A stretch of DNA of 63,234 nt, counting the filler, from Octopus bimaculoides (lineage: Eukaryota): NCBI RefSeq assembly GCF_001194135.2. It is 5 parts of 5 records of this genome, joined end to end, with 100 filler letters (N's around TTAATTAATTAA, not from the genome) between each part and the next. Parts side by side here need not be neighbours in the genome. Positions count along the whole stretch, not along the records: positions 12,543 to 27,139 come from NC_068985.1; positions 27,240 to 38,114 come from NC_068986.1; positions 38,215 to 59,499 come from NC_068987.1; 2 more parts are not named here. One strand, given 5' to 3'. Position numbers and translations under genes: made by a program. The notes under the pieces were generated by a model. It saw only the letters and a list, made by a program, of their open reading frames with translations. It was not told the origin of the DNA and did no database searches. This document shows, piece after piece, positions 26,157 to 39,134 of this stretch (positions are counted from its first letter, which is position 1; every line of letters starts with the position of its first letter).

Positions 26157-26204
26157 GTCTCCGATGAAGGGATATAATAAATATCCTGGAAACAGCTGTA
26201 AGAC
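26157..26204 (+). ncRNA. Minimal type I hammerhead-like motif, variant core CCGAUGA (U4C)
   Basis: Stem I GTCT/AGAC; core 26161-26167; stem II GGGATAT/ATATCCT; GAAA 26189-26192; palindromic CAGCTG stem III; GUA triplet 26198-26200. Confidence 0.55.
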
Positions 26205-26310
26205 CTATTTATAAATGTTCTATATTATACACAGCCTTGGTTTTTTATCTCATTACGAAATCCCTATACATAAACATATGTATATGTGTAATATATTTTG
26301 TGTGTGTATA

Positions 26311-26380
<70 letters not shown>

Positions 26381-26459
26381 CACATCCTTATACTTAGTGA
26401 CCTAAGTTAATAATAAATAAATCCTTTTGAAGAAAAATCGAAACGAGTTAATACGATTT

Positions 26460-26560
26460 GTAAAGGAAAATCCATTGGAGCACCTCAAAAGATCTAATTT
26501 CTGTTGTGCTCCACTATCCTGTTCTTGTTAATATATTTACTAACTTTATAATGGTGAACG
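26460..26560 (+). mobile_element. Possible very decayed LINE RT remnant
   Basis: GAPQ followed, after a frameshift, by ILFLLIY resembles the GVPQGS-LGP-LF-IY motif. Confidence 0.25.
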
Positions 26561-27865
26561 CATATCTACAATGATTTATGTATATTTAGCCATATCCCAA
26601 ATCTGCTAGCCCACAAGAAAATGTTATACATTTAAAAGATCTAAGGACATTCGACAATGAATCATCTATTAAACACAAGGCACCTCAAAATATATTCTCT
26701 GAGAATATCACTGGTGCGTAATATAGAATTTAGATGATTATGAATCGAGTTGACGGTAAGCTGTAGAGAAAATTTAAATGGAAAAATTCGTTGTATTCCT
26801 GAGATTATAATCAGGCATATAATTACGCAATACTCAATTATACGTCACCAGCAAAGATAATATTTTGCCTGTAGCTCTAAAACTTATTTCACGCAGATTT
26901 TAAGGTATACACGATTTCTGTTATATATTTATAATTTTTTAGGCTCTTCACCTCGAGCTTCTATCGCATAATACAAATGTTAGGAAACAATCGTCCTATA
27001 TCTATTCCCACATCCATTTGAACAAAAAATTTCTAATCAGAAAGTTTAACGAAATATTTATGTTAAACCCACCGCCAGACATTTGTATCGCAACAATAAC
27101 GTTTTGATACTGTTTATATATATATATATATATATATATNNNNNNNNNNNNNNNNNNNNNNNNNNNNNNNNNNNNNNNNNNNNTTAATTAATTAANNNNN
27201 NNNNNNNNNNNNNNNNNNNNNNNNNNNNNNNNNNNNNNNATATATATATATATATATAGCCTTCATTAAATCACCTCGTGACGTGAAATAAAGCAAAAAT
27301 ACACATACTCACACAAGCACATACACACATATATATCAACATTTCGCTTAAGCTTGCCGATATTTATTAAAGCCGCTGTCAATGTATATATGCTGCTTAA
27401 TGAAATATTATTTGAGTACAGAGCCTTATATGAAATTAAATGAATGACAAAGGAAGAAGTAATTCTAAAATGAAATTCATTAGGTAAAAATTGCTTCCGA
27501 TGTATGAAGCAGTTCGCTGTATTTTGTAGCAGAAACACAAGTAAGCTAATGGATTCCCCTGCATAGCTTCCTCCTTCTTTTTTAGGGTATTATTTATTCC
27601 CTCTTACATAGGTTTCTTTTCTGATAGGAGTTACATAGGTAGGCATTTAAATCAAAATATATACGACATCTCCTATTACTAATGTTATTCACCCAGGGAT
27701 GAATATGGTTAATTTTACCAGTTTGTTTTCATACGCAATTGCTGGCATAAAGTATTTTTCCAGCATTCTACAGTATTAACAACTGATATAACATCTACAG
27801 CCAAACTTTGGAGTACAGGGATATGGAGATGTATTTCTTGTGTGTAACCTTGTCTACACACACAA

Positions 27866-27901
<36 letters not shown>

Positions 27902-28172
27902 AGAGAGAAACATGCACGCACTCTCACATACATACACACATATGCTAGGTAAATAAGGAAGCCGTTGACACACTTTGTTAAAAAAATGACGTCTCGGTCA
28001 CATGTCAGACATTTTGATTATAATTCTGCGCAGTGTGATATATACTGTGTCTGGATAACGTCTCAGTCTGGTTGCTATTTGACAAGGCTTCGGCAAATAC
28101 ATATATACCAACCTATCTTCCTAGCCACATACATACATACATAAATACATACATACATACATACATACACAC

Positions 28173-28251
<79 letters not shown>

Positions 28252-29874
28252 NNNNNNNNNNNNNNNNNNNNNNNNNNNNNNNNNNNNNNNNNNNNNNNNN
28301 NNNNNNNNNNNNNNNNNNNNNNNNNNNNNNNNNNNNNNNNNNNNNNNNNNNNNNNNNNNNNNNNNNNNNNNNNNNNNNNNNNNNNNNNNNNNNNNNNNNN
28401 NNNNNNNNNNNNNNNNNNNNNNNNNNNNNNNNNNNNNNNNNNNNNNNNNNNNNNNNNNNNNNNNNNNNNNNNNNNNNNNNNNNNNNNNNNNNNNNNNNNN
28501 NNNNNNNNNNNNNNNNNNNNNNNNNNNNNNNNNNNNNNNNNNNNNNNNNNNNNNNNNNNNNNNNNNNNNNNNNNNNNNNNNNNNNNNNNNNNNNNNNNNN
28601 NNNNNNNNNNNNNNNNNNNNNNNNNNNNNNNNNNNNNNNNNNNNNNNNNNNNNNNNNNNNNNNNNNNNNNNNNNNNNNNNNNNNNNNNNNNNNNNNNNNN
28701 NNNNNNNNNNNNNNNNNNNNNNNNNNNNNNNNNNNNNNNNNNNNNNNNNNNNNNNNNNNNNNNNNATATATATATATATATATATATATACGTGTGTGTA
28801 TGTGCGTGTTGTGTGTTTGTATGTGGGGGTGTGATTGTGTATGTGCATACATACATACATATTCACGTGTGCAGACATAATCTCGGCTTGCTCAACTAAA
28901 TATAAGTGAAACTTGCTTTGGACAAATATCATTGGGAAAAAGAAGACAGGAATCTTTGATCTTTGGAATAGACGTTCGATGCAATCACATCATTACTTTT
29001 TGATAGTATGTATTTATTTATTAAAATACGATATCGAAATCTTCACAATTCGAATCCATCAGTGAATTCTATGAACTAATAATAATTCTAAGAACGGCTA
29101 ACTAATAATTTTAAATATTCATCTCTCTCTGAAATAATATTTCTCTCTCGTAAATTTGCTCGCATTCATATGCATCTTCGTAAAAGCTTCTTAGCTTTTA
29201 TACCAAAACTAAATATAGAGTTGAGAATATTAGTTTCTTGTCAACGGACTCTAATATAAATAGATTTCGTTTCCTTCAGATATGTTTAGATATTCTTATA
29301 GAATCCAATATAAAGAGCTGACAATATGAGTTTCGTAACTCAGAAAGCTAAACAATAATAATTTTATAAACAGTATTTTATTAGGTCTTAAATTCGTTCA
29401 GATAAACGTAAGATTCTTTCACTTACAGTTATATGACTTTGTGTGGAAATCTGCACAACTCAATGAATATTGTGCCTATAGACGTTAAATCTGTGTGCAT
29501 GCATATGTAGTATATGTTTATATATATATATATATATATATNNNNNNNNNNNNNNNNNNNNNNNNNNNNNNNNNNNNNNNNNNNNNNNNNNNNNNNNNNN
29601 NNNNNNNNNNNNNNNNNNNNNNNNNNNNNNNNNNNNNNNNNNNNNNNNNNNNNNNNNNNNTCACATACAAACACAAACATACACATATACACGTATTCTA
29701 AAGAATTAGAGGCAAACTTATATCCCTATTATCTAGGGCTTCACCGGGATGGAATGTATATGTATGTATATATCTATATGTATATAATATAAATAATATA
29801 TAGATATATGCATATATCCATACATATATGTACATACCTACATCTATATGTAAAGATAAGTATACATACATGAA

Positions 29875-30230
29875 TATATGGGTACAGGACATTAAAAAAA
29901 ACACGACAAACGTTAAACAAAATGAGAAACGAAAATATAAAAACGAATAGGGAAAACGAACTTTTTTCGAACATCGAAAAAAACAAGCAAACAGAGAAAC
30001 GAGACATGCAACATAAAGAGTATATCTCTTCTTCAGTTGTCCCTGTTCCATCTACTCCACGTTTCGAAGGCAAGGACAACACGCGACTTCGTTGAAACAG
30101 TCCTTCCCGCAAAGCAAATTAAATAAAATTTGGGATTTTTTGCGGAGGGTGAAAGTGTTAATAAGAACAGTACAGTGAGAACAAGACAGTAAAATATACT
30201 ATCAGTAATATATTATCATTTCAGATATTT
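29875..30230 (+). repeat. Unclassified interspersed repeat embedded in TA/TACA microsatellite (family E)
   Basis: ATGGGTACAGGACAT...AAACGTTAAAC...GAGACATGCAACATAAA...CTTCAGTTGTCCCTG...AGTCCTTCCCGC is shared with 59240-59490; a short similar start lies at about 40438-40470. Confidence 0.8.
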
Positions 30231-33067
30231 ATATACATATTCATATATACATAAGTACATATACATATATATATGCACATATGTGTGTGAGTGTGTGTGC
30301 GTGCGTGTGTGTATGTTGTGTGTGCGTGCGTGTGTGTGTATGTGCTCAAGATGGGATCGAAACACTTTTATTTAAGATTATTTCGATTATTGTTTTGCTG
30401 CTTATTATCTCTAGATGTATTCAATCGCATAAGAAAGTGTTTTCCAGCTTAGAAAAGACCACTTTCTTCTGCCGTAAATTATCGAAGACATTGCCTATGA
30501 TACGTGTACTAGTGTTAGATTAACCTGAAAGGCTTTATCATCAACCCAATGTCATTGTTGTCTTGTTTATAATAGAGACGTTATTTCGTTTAATATAGCT
30601 CTTATTGACGTATCTTATTGGAGTTATTCAACTGAAACAGTATTTCAACTTACTTTGGTAGCAGTGCATCATTTGCAGTTTCTTCTCCATTAATGCCTCT
30701 TTTCAAATTGCTTGCACCTTCTGCTTTTAATGATAAATACGCTGATCATAGATACAGTGTGTTTCTAAGGAAAACAGTTACTAAAACAGTTTCTCTCATG
30801 TTCAGCAATCTCGTCTCTTATGGATTGTTAAACATTATTGCTCCGTTTTGAAATTTAGTCGGCAGAACTTTTGCTCAATGAAACTTGTACAGAGAGGAAA
30901 GCTTAGATAAATTTAAGCGAGAAAGCTTATGAGAAACTACAAAGTGTATGTGTAGCGAGGAGTTACTATGACATGACGGGTAATCTAAACGACTATAAGC
31001 ACATTCCGACAAATAGTTTTACGCGTGGACCAGGCTGAAGGTAATGCTGTTATACTGATGCGGAAGCCAATTTCAAAAGTGAAGCAGAGAAAAGGAAAAC
31101 AAAAGAATGACGCAGCATATAAGAACTACAGTTCACAATGAATGAGGCACCTTACTTTTCGCTGCGGTATAGGACATATGTTCGTGTCATTAATTGTCTA
31201 AGCATTTTAAATATTTCGCAATCGTTGAAATAATGGTCTAAGCATTTTAATTTTATAGATTGTCATGCAAAATATATTTTGTCACCTTGTATGTTATCCA
31301 GATTTTTAATTGCTGTGAAAGATAGATAAGTGTAGTGTACACAATAAATATTTGATGATACGTATCACTGCATTAACAGTTATGAGTAGAATCAATTTTG
31401 AGCGCTGGAAAATATTTCATATGCACTATCTAAGTTTGGGTATTAACCGATTTAACAGTTTATAGCTACACCTGATCTCCTGCTGACGACACAGCTCTTC
31501 GCTCCGCTAGAAATGCCAGCTGAAATGTCATTATATCATACTCAACCTTCTTAACAACAGAAAATAACATCCTTGAACAAGCAATATATATATGGTATTA
31601 TCATACCTAAAATGTGTTTAACATTACGCCTGATTAATCAAGGCTAATATGGATCTATGTAATTACTGCAAAACCGAAATACGGGTACCTCATTGCTTGA
31701 GTAGACTTACTTCACATTATATAGGCGATGAATATCTATTATGTGGTACTGTCTCAATAACTATTACTTTCAATTACTGAATGCTTACTGCTACATAATG
31801 CACCAATATTTCTTTTTACCAAACATCAAAGACAAATGATCGACGTTGAGCGTAAAAAATAAAGTCCTTCATTGAATTAATTCTACGGATGGTACAATTC
31901 TGGTTACTTAGAAAGGAGGAAAAGGTTTCAGAAAATAGGCAACATGGTAAAGAATATTTCCATCATACTGTGATGTCGGATACTAAATATTGTTTCAGTT
32001 GTTCAATGGGATGAGGTAAATTCATTTCTTGTGCGCCAAGAATAAACCTATTTCAGTGAGTTAGACCTGACACAATGTCACTGCTACATTGACATCGTGG
32101 GTCTTTCACCAGGCTTCCTCATTTGTTAGAATTAAGACCACAGATCTGATCTGAAGGTAATTCATGTGCTGCCATTTATTTTTCTTAATATTATTCAATG
32201 TGCGTTGAAAGCATTTAGGAGGATTGTTGTTGCTATTTCTTTCTCGGCTAAGTACGAACAGTCTAGCGATGTGGGTTTTATCACTTATACAGCTCTCGTA
32301 AATATGTATTGACGTATGTTTACGTGATTCATCATCATTTTTGTTTAATAGTCTCAGCTAACGGAATCATTGAAATATTTACGGAGAAGTCAAAGCTTAA
32401 AATATAAAGAGAGTATCACCACGGCTGATGTAAATGTGTCATTCCATAAAAGAATATTTCGCAGAGATTTAACTTATGCATATGGAAACGACATAAAGAG
32501 AACAAAACTAAAAGTGGCCCCGGAATCGTTGGTATCAAAGATTTAAGTGCCAAGCGTTTCATGTGAAGGCAATATGGCGTTTTAATCATAAAGGGATCAT
32601 AACCTAAACTATGATGGATTGCAGCACGTTTATTCTCTAGAAGAGACGAACAGAAACTCCAAGATCAAAGCGTTCTCTGATGTCACGAAAGTCCACTGAA
32701 ATCGCCATGAAATATCCCAGCTTTACATATTGAAGATATTTGTTTCCTTTTTATATTTTCTATTAGAAATATCAAGGATAAACACGCTTCATCGGCAAAT
32801 ATATATTTTAGAAAGTAGAATGATTTTGTTCTCATGTCAGTTCTTTTTACTACGTTTAAAATAGGATTGCGCATAAATGTTGCCAACATTTGCACCGAAG
32901 TTGTTGAAACAAATCAATTTTTACTGACAGCAGTGGCTCTAGAAAAGATAAGAATCGAATAAAAAAAAAATGCATTGATTTCATAATGTACTCAATAATT
33001 TTAGTACAATAGCAGCATGGAAAGGAATTTTGTTAGTTCCTCTTAATTGCTACATCACACATACATC

Positions 33068-33294
33068 TATTTCGTTTCTGCCCACAAGGGGCTACACACA
33101 GAGAGGACAAACAAGGACACACAAAGGGATAAAGTCGATAACATCGAACCCAGTGCGTAACTGGTACTTAATTTATCGAATCCGAAAGGATGAAAGGCAA
33201 AGACAACCTCGGCGGAGTTTGAACTCAAAACGTAACGGTAGACGAAATACCGCTAAGCGTTTCGCCCGGTGTGCTAACGTTTCTGCCAGCTCAC
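33068..33294 (-). mobile_element. SINE family B, GGACAAACAAGGAC-tail variant
   Basis: Full body and head ...GTGCTAACGTTTCTGCCAGCTCACC. Confidence 0.9.
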
Positions 33295-33368
33295 CAGTTT
33301 CCCACATACACTTATGTATATATGTATGTATGGATGTATGCTTGTATGTTCGTACGTAAAGACGATTG

Positions 33369-33600
33369 TCTTAGTGGCTCGGGTATTCGGCTCACGATCG
33401 TAATGCCATCAATTTGACTTCTGGCGTTGCGTTGCTATTCCTCTGGCAAAAATGAGTGAGTTATACCTGTAATTTAAAGGGCCAGCTTTGCAACATTCTG
33501 TGTCACGCTGAATCTAACTGAGAACTACTTTAAGGATATGCGTGTCTGTGTAGTGCTCAGTCACATGCACATTTATTTCACGAGCACTGCTCCATTGACA
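33369..33600 (+). mobile_element. SINE family C, degenerate
   Basis: TTAGTGGCTCGGGTATTCGGCTCACGATCGTAA...CTGGCAAAAATGAGT...ACCTGTAATTTAAAGGGCCAGC matches copy 38242. Confidence 0.7.
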
Positions 33601-33604
33601 ACCG

Positions 33605-33786
33605 CCATCCCTTGACAACCGATGTTGGTGTGTTTACGTCCTCATAACTTAGCAGCTCAGCAAAAGAGTTCGATAAAATAAGTACTAGGCTTACAAAAAA
33701 ATAAGACCTGGGGTCGATTCTTTCGACTAAAGGTGATGCCCCAGCATGGTCGCAATCAAATAACCGAAACAAGTGAAAGGGTAAAA

Positions 33787-33789
<3 letters not shown>
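33605..33789 (+). mobile_element. SINE family A, 3' half
   Basis: CCTTGACAACCGATGTTGGTGTGTTTACGTCC...CGACTAAAGGTGATGCCCCAGCATGG...GAAACAAGT. Confidence 0.85.
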
Positions 33790-33851
<62 letters not shown>

Positions 33852-34391
33852 AACACACATCATGCAGAGATGCGCTACTAATAGACAACGTTATACATGC
33901 AACGACGCATGCATTTCACCTTTAGATTTTTATACAACCATATGTAGTGCTTCATTGAAACCAAACCGCTAACAATTTTAACTTCAAACGTATTAATCGA
34001 AAGAAAAAAAGAATAAAATAATTATCTCTAATAATTCAATTAAATTGACATAATTTTTGCATTATTTCTAATATTATTTCATTTCCGTTAGATTCATCTC
34101 TTTGAAAATTCTATTATTTATCTCATGAAATATGATTAGTCACGCATTCGCACACACGCATCCGAGCACAGACACACACACATTCAAACACATATATACA
34201 CATATACGCATGTATACATATAATACACACACGTTGGCAAATACTCGTTGTCATGCAATGAAAGAGCCGTCATTTTAATATGTACATTTAGCGGAACATG
34301 TATCTAATGATGATGGATTTTTGCATGAATATAGGTATGTACGAACGTGTAGCATTTATACATATTCCTTGAACGTATGTAGTGAAATTTA

Positions 34392-34529
34392 CGTGGCTGT
34401 GTGGTAAGATGTGTGTTTCCCAAACGCCGCATGTTTCCAGGTTCAATCCCAAGTGTCCTCTACTATAACCTCGGGCTTATCGAAGCCTTGTGAATGGATT
34501 TGGTACACGGAAATTGAAAGAAGGCAGGC

Positions 34530-34530
<1 letters not shown>
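34392..34530 (+). mobile_element. SINE family A, 5' half
   Basis: GTGGCTGTGTGGTAAG...GGTTCAATCCC...CTACTATAACCTCGGGC...GCCTTGTGAATGGATTTGG; its 3' half may be 35505-35705, separated by later insertions. Confidence 0.7.
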
Positions 34531-34600
<70 letters not shown>

Positions 34601-34601
<1 letters not shown>

Positions 34602-35040
34602 GTCCCTCTGCCTCTACCTGTCCCTTTTCTTTTCCCGCGTCACCGGTGTTCGGCCAAGCGTGATCTTTTTTTCTTGGCCGGCCGTTGTGCGTGCAACATC
34701 GTTATTCCTCCCTGTGCCTATGAAATTGTTTATCCCTGCCGTAAGGCCTTATTTCCACACACGCCTGCTTAATTTAATTTGTCCTTAGTCGAAAGACATC
34801 TGTTGTGATATCCTGGTTTATTAATTTTATTGTATTTGTGAAACATTGTTCGTTTATTTCCGTCCTTGTTTATGTATACATTCGCTGCTTTCTTCCAAGG
34901 AATCTAATGCTCTCAGATTAGTTTTTCCTTGGAGCTGGCCAGATTGGAGCAATATCGGGAATAATCAGCCCACATTTACATAATACCTATTTACATAATA
35001 TCGAGGTTTCCTTCTTTTATTGTCCTTTATATCAATATTT
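34601..35040 (+). repeat. Unclassified interspersed repeat flanked by (TA)n on both sides (family F)
   Basis: CACCGGTGTTCGGCCAA...CCCTGCCGTAAG...CATTCGCTGCTTT...CCTTGG(A/G)GCTGGCCAGATTGGAGCAAT is the reverse complement of 44060-44390. Confidence 0.8.
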
Positions 35041-35379
35041 ATATATATATATATATATATATACAAAAGTGAAGCAACAAACGTATAACGTATACTGGCT
35101 GCTCAAATGGATGGAAGACACACACTGAATGTCGCTAATTCTTCTTTAGTTATCAACCAGATGGTATTACTCAGATGCAAAACTCAGTAATAACGTCTGG
35201 TTGATAAATGATAGAACATAATGGATCTTCTATGTCTGTTTTCCATCCATTTGCGCACCCTGTACACGTTATACGCTTTTTACTGCACCTTTGTGTATTT
35301 ACATTTTTTCATTTATTAAGTAACGGAACGCAACGCTTGCTTTGATTAACAGTAAGTTATTTTTTTGCGTGTGTTTAGA

Positions 35380-35451
35380 TGTGTGTGTGTACGTTTGTGT
35401 GTGTGTGTATGTTTGTGTGTGTGTGTATGTTTGTGTGTGTGTGTGTGTGCG

Positions 35452-35510
<59 letters not shown>
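35380..35510. repeat. (TG)n compound microsatellite
   Basis: Direct reading. Confidence 0.95.
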
Positions 35511-35515
<5 letters not shown>

Positions 35516-35705
35516 TCACCCATCACTGCTTGACAACTCTTGCTAATGTGTTTACGTCCACGTACCTTAGCGATTCGGCAAAACAGACGTTCTAGGCTTC
35601 CGGAATAAGTCCTAATGTTAAGTTGTACGAGAAAAAAACAAAAAATCTCCAAGGCGGTACTCCAGCATGGGGGAAGTCAAATGTGTGAAACATGTCAAAG
35701 AATAG
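35505..35705 (+). mobile_element. SINE family A, degenerate 3' half
   Basis: GTTTGTCACCCATCACTGCTTGACAAC...TTAGCGATTCGGCAAAA...AAGGCGGTACTCCAGCATGG. Confidence 0.75.
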
Positions 35706-36116
35706 AAGAATATTAAATATGTCGGGTCATTCATTGTATAGTTTATATATATGTGGGTGAGTCTAAATGCTTGACTATTCAAATTTCATGAGATAAATTA
35801 TACAATATATAGATATGTGTGTGTGTGCATGAGAGTTATTGGTATCCAGAAGACTCAAATGGCAGTTAACGCTATGTAAGTGCTTTCGAAGGACTGTAGT
35901 TAAACTCTCGGTTCGATAATGATACGAGTGAGGAGTCTAATGCGGTTCTTGTATATGTTAAATAAAATGAGACAAATCCAAGGTTGTGTGGAATGTTCAG
36001 CACGTTTATAATCAGACTTTTATAAACTAACCTTCTCTTTATTAATGTCCGGAAAATTGCACATAGCCTTGGCATTGTTGTCATATTTATTTAACACACA
36101 TACGCATAAACACACG

Positions 36117-36181
<65 letters not shown>

Positions 36182-36182
36182 T

Positions 36183-36256
36183 CTTTACTCTTTTACTCTT
36201 TTACTTATTTCAGTCATTTCACTGCGGCCATGCTGGAGCACCACCTTTAGTCGAAC
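36183..36256 (-). mobile_element. SINE family A tail only
   Basis: TTTTACTCTTTTACTCTTTTACTTATTTCAGTCATTTCACTGCGGCCATGCTGGAGCACCACCTTTAGTCGA. Confidence 0.85.
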
Positions 36257-37346
36257 ATTTCTGGCCTGAGACCTACTTAAATATGGAGAGTGAAAAGCCT
36301 CGTTTTTAGGGTAAAAACAAGGTGATTATCTCCATTTNNNNNNNNNNNNNNNNNNNNNNNNNNNNNNNNNNNNNNNNNNNNNNNNNNNNNNNNNNNNNNN
36401 NNNNNNNNNNNNNNNNNNNNNNNNNNNNNNNNNNNNNNNNNNNNNNNNNNNNNNNNNNNNNNNNNNNNNNNNNNNNNNNNNNNNNNNNNNNNNNNNNNNN
36501 NNNNNNNNNNNNNNNNNNNNNNNNNNNNNNNNNNNNNNNNNNNNNNNNNNNNNNNNNNNNNNNNNNNNNATATATAAAGAGAGAGAGTGAGAGAGAGGGG
36601 GAGATGTGTGTTACTATACCCATACAAACAACGTCACCACAATAGTAACACACGCGCATATATGTATATATTTACTACTGGGTGAATAAAAATATTTTCT
36701 GTGGTGTATATGCGTGCATCTATGCTTTACGTTCTTCCGCGCGTGTGTTTCTGCGAGCTTGTTTCTGTGTTTGAAGCAAGAATATTCAGAATCTATGTTA
36801 TTTATAACATTTCCGTTTTATAATTATAATTTCTCTAATATGAAATTAGATAAACAGCTGTGGAGGAGTTTGACTTGGAATTTAATTGGGGGGAAACAAA
36901 AATTCATGTAATAGAAAAGTCAAAAGCAATGAATTGTATGTTCTAGACTGAGATTTAAGTTAATATCATTGGACAGAGGGTTTCTTTATCTCATTACAAA
37001 CTATCAATATTTCTTTACGTAATCGTCCATTTTCCCATTTTATGTTCATTATGTTGTGATAAACTGGAATATATACGTTTACATGTTAGTTTCATTAATA
37101 TATAACATTGCTATTACACGTTATTCAAAAGTATATTTCTATCACTATACTATTATAACCGTACTTGTGGAGTCGTTCTCCTTCTATCAATAAGACATCA
37201 ACCCAGCTTCATTTTATTTCCTGTACAATCACACATCTCTTGCACTTATAATAGAAATAAAAGTACATCAGATAGTGTAGACGTACTGTCCTGTAAAAAG
37301 ACAGAACAATTACAGTTAGCAATACATTCGAATATTGATTGGTGGC

Positions 37347-37391
<45 letters not shown>

Positions 37392-37432
37392 NNNNNNNNN
37401 NATACAAAAATTTCCTTCTCGACATTTGAAAA

Positions 37433-38114
37433 ATGTCGAGAAACATAATTTGGGAACGCTTGTCTTGTTTTTTTGACGAGTATTGCCCGAGGCTTCAGAT
37501 GCCAGAAGAAAAAAAAGAACAGAGTAGCGCGTGCTCACTCAGTGATAGGAATGCAGCTGCTGTAAACGTCACAAAGACGCCGATTACAACTACAAACAGC
37601 CCTCTCACCACCACCACCACCACCACCAGCAACAACAACAATAAAAAACACAACAACAGCAAGGACGTAAAGTTATCGGTCGTCAGCACTGACACCATCA
37701 CCGTTTCAACAAACTCTCCTGCCACTACCACCACCATTGAACCAGGCAGTACATACACCAACATAAACAAAAATATTCAGAAGAACATGTCCGCCAGTAC
37801 AACAAAAACAAATTTCGCAAATGCTCTAAAGGAAAAAAAGAACAATAGTGACATTCACACAACAAATAAAAGACACAAAATCCCTTCTTACGAAAGAAGG
37901 AGATGCTGTTAGAATAAACATACCAAAAGATATTATAGAAATGAAAAACAAAAAGTGCATCATTTATAAACTGGTAAACGCAAAAACCAGACGTGTAGAA
38001 AATTTTAGCACAGATAAAATTGAGGTTTGTCTTAGAGGAATTTGGCCTCATCAAAATCATCTCACGTGGGGAAGAAAATTTGGAACGGTGCAGGTGAGAT
38101 TTTTAAATGAAAAT
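37433..38114 (+). pseudogene. Frameshifted coding sequence of about 225 codons between two gaps; probable non-LTR retrotransposon ORF1 5' part
   Basis: ORFs 37433-37912 and 37848-38162 join if one A is removed from the A7 run near 37825. T/N-rich N-terminus, NFANALK motif, then non-repetitive ...WGRKFGTVQVRF (RNP-like). The sequence ends at a gap. Confidence 0.4.
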
Positions 38115-38241
38115 NNNNNNNNNNNNNNNNNNNNNNNNNNNNNNNNNNNNNNNNNNNNTTAATTAATTAANNNNNNNNNNNNNNNNNNNNNNNNNNNNNN
38201 NNNNNNNNNNNNNNTATACATATATATATATATATAGTGAC

Positions 38242-38394
38242 GGCGCGTGGCTTAGTGGTTAGGGTATTCAGCTCGTGATCGTAAGCTCGTGAGTTCAATT
38301 CCCGGCGGCGTGTTGTGTACTTCAGCAAGACACTTTATTTCATGTTGCTCCAATCCACTCAGCTGGCAAAAATGAGTTGTATCTGTATTTCAAA
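38242..38394 (+). mobile_element. SINE family C, 5' part
   Basis: A box TGGCTTAGTGG, B box GAGTTCAATTCCC, then GCAAGACACTTTATTTCATGTTGCTCCAATCCACTCAGCTGGCAAAAATGAGT. Confidence 0.85.
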
Positions 38395-38450
38395 CTGTAT
38401 CCATGTCTACAAATCTTCAACAAGCAGAAAGACTGCATCAAATTGGGTAA

Positions 38451-38830
38451 GATATTGTAACATTTGCAAATGATGAAGGGTTTCAACAAGTTGTATAGGA
38501 TGATGCGGTTGAGGTGCTAGTGTCCCATTAAGAAAATCGATCTAACGAGGATTTGATGCAGTTAGGATGAAAGCAAGCTGTGAACATAGAAATTCCACCA
38601 ACTTCACTTACAATGACTGCAAAGACCATGGCTAAAAGCTTGGCACTTGTTGAGGAAGGCCAGGAAGTTTTTACTGGTAACAACACGAAATATGACGGTA
38701 ATAAAGATACACGTAGGGTTTACAAAGTACTCATTTCCTACTCGGAGCTGTACAAAGATGATGCACCATAAACATCAAACAATTTTAGATAAGTTCATTG
38801 CTCCTCAAATAGATGCTGATGACGATAGAT
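38451..38830 (+). mobile_element. Tigger/pogo transposase C-terminal remnant
   Basis: DIVTFANDEGFQQVV*DDAVEVLVSH*ENRSNEDLMQL...MAKSLALVEEG...YSELYK...HQTILDKFI parallels the Tigger C-terminus (V-ELL-SH---L-NEDL, Y-E-Y, QT-LD-FF). Confidence 0.6.
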
Positions 38831-39048
38831 CATCACCATCTCAATAACTCTCACTCCATCACCGTCCCTGAGACACTAGTAAAAAAATATACTCTATTAT
38901 GATTCTCCGATTTTCAAAAGTTGAGAGCAATACTGCAAGACAGTTGCGACATAGCTCCACGTCTTCCTCTCTCGACTTTTGAAAATCAGAGAATTTTTCC
39001 AATAAAAAAATCTAAACGAATCCCCATGCATTTTCAATTTCTAGCCTT

Positions 39049-39134
39049 TTCCGCTTGTTTTCCTGTCTTGTTTTCTTTTCCGTTTGTTTTCCTGTCTTGT
39101 TTTCTTTTCCGTTTGTTTTCCTGTCTTGTTTTCT
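39049..39134. repeat. 29-bp tandem repeat, three copies
   Basis: TTCCGTTTGTTTTCCTGTCTTGTTTTCTT; CCG recurs at 39051, 39080 and 39109. Confidence 0.9.

Larger units (their letters stand above)
25972..26262. mobile_element. Fold-back palindrome of Penelope-like termini, second family (arms 25972-26098 and 26138-26262)
   Basis: Arms of about 125 bp are near-perfect reverse complements with a 39-nt spacer; each arm has a hammerhead-like motif. Confidence 0.9.

Noticed and set aside
30020-30075. Possible type II hammerhead in family E (GAAACGT...CTGAAGA on the minus strand)
   Set aside because: The cleavage triplet would be GUG, stem I is not evident, and the second copy has GCAACGC.
32129-32157. 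27-nt segment with good acceptor and donor on the plus strand
   Set aside because: Stop codons in all three frames and no evidence of transcription.
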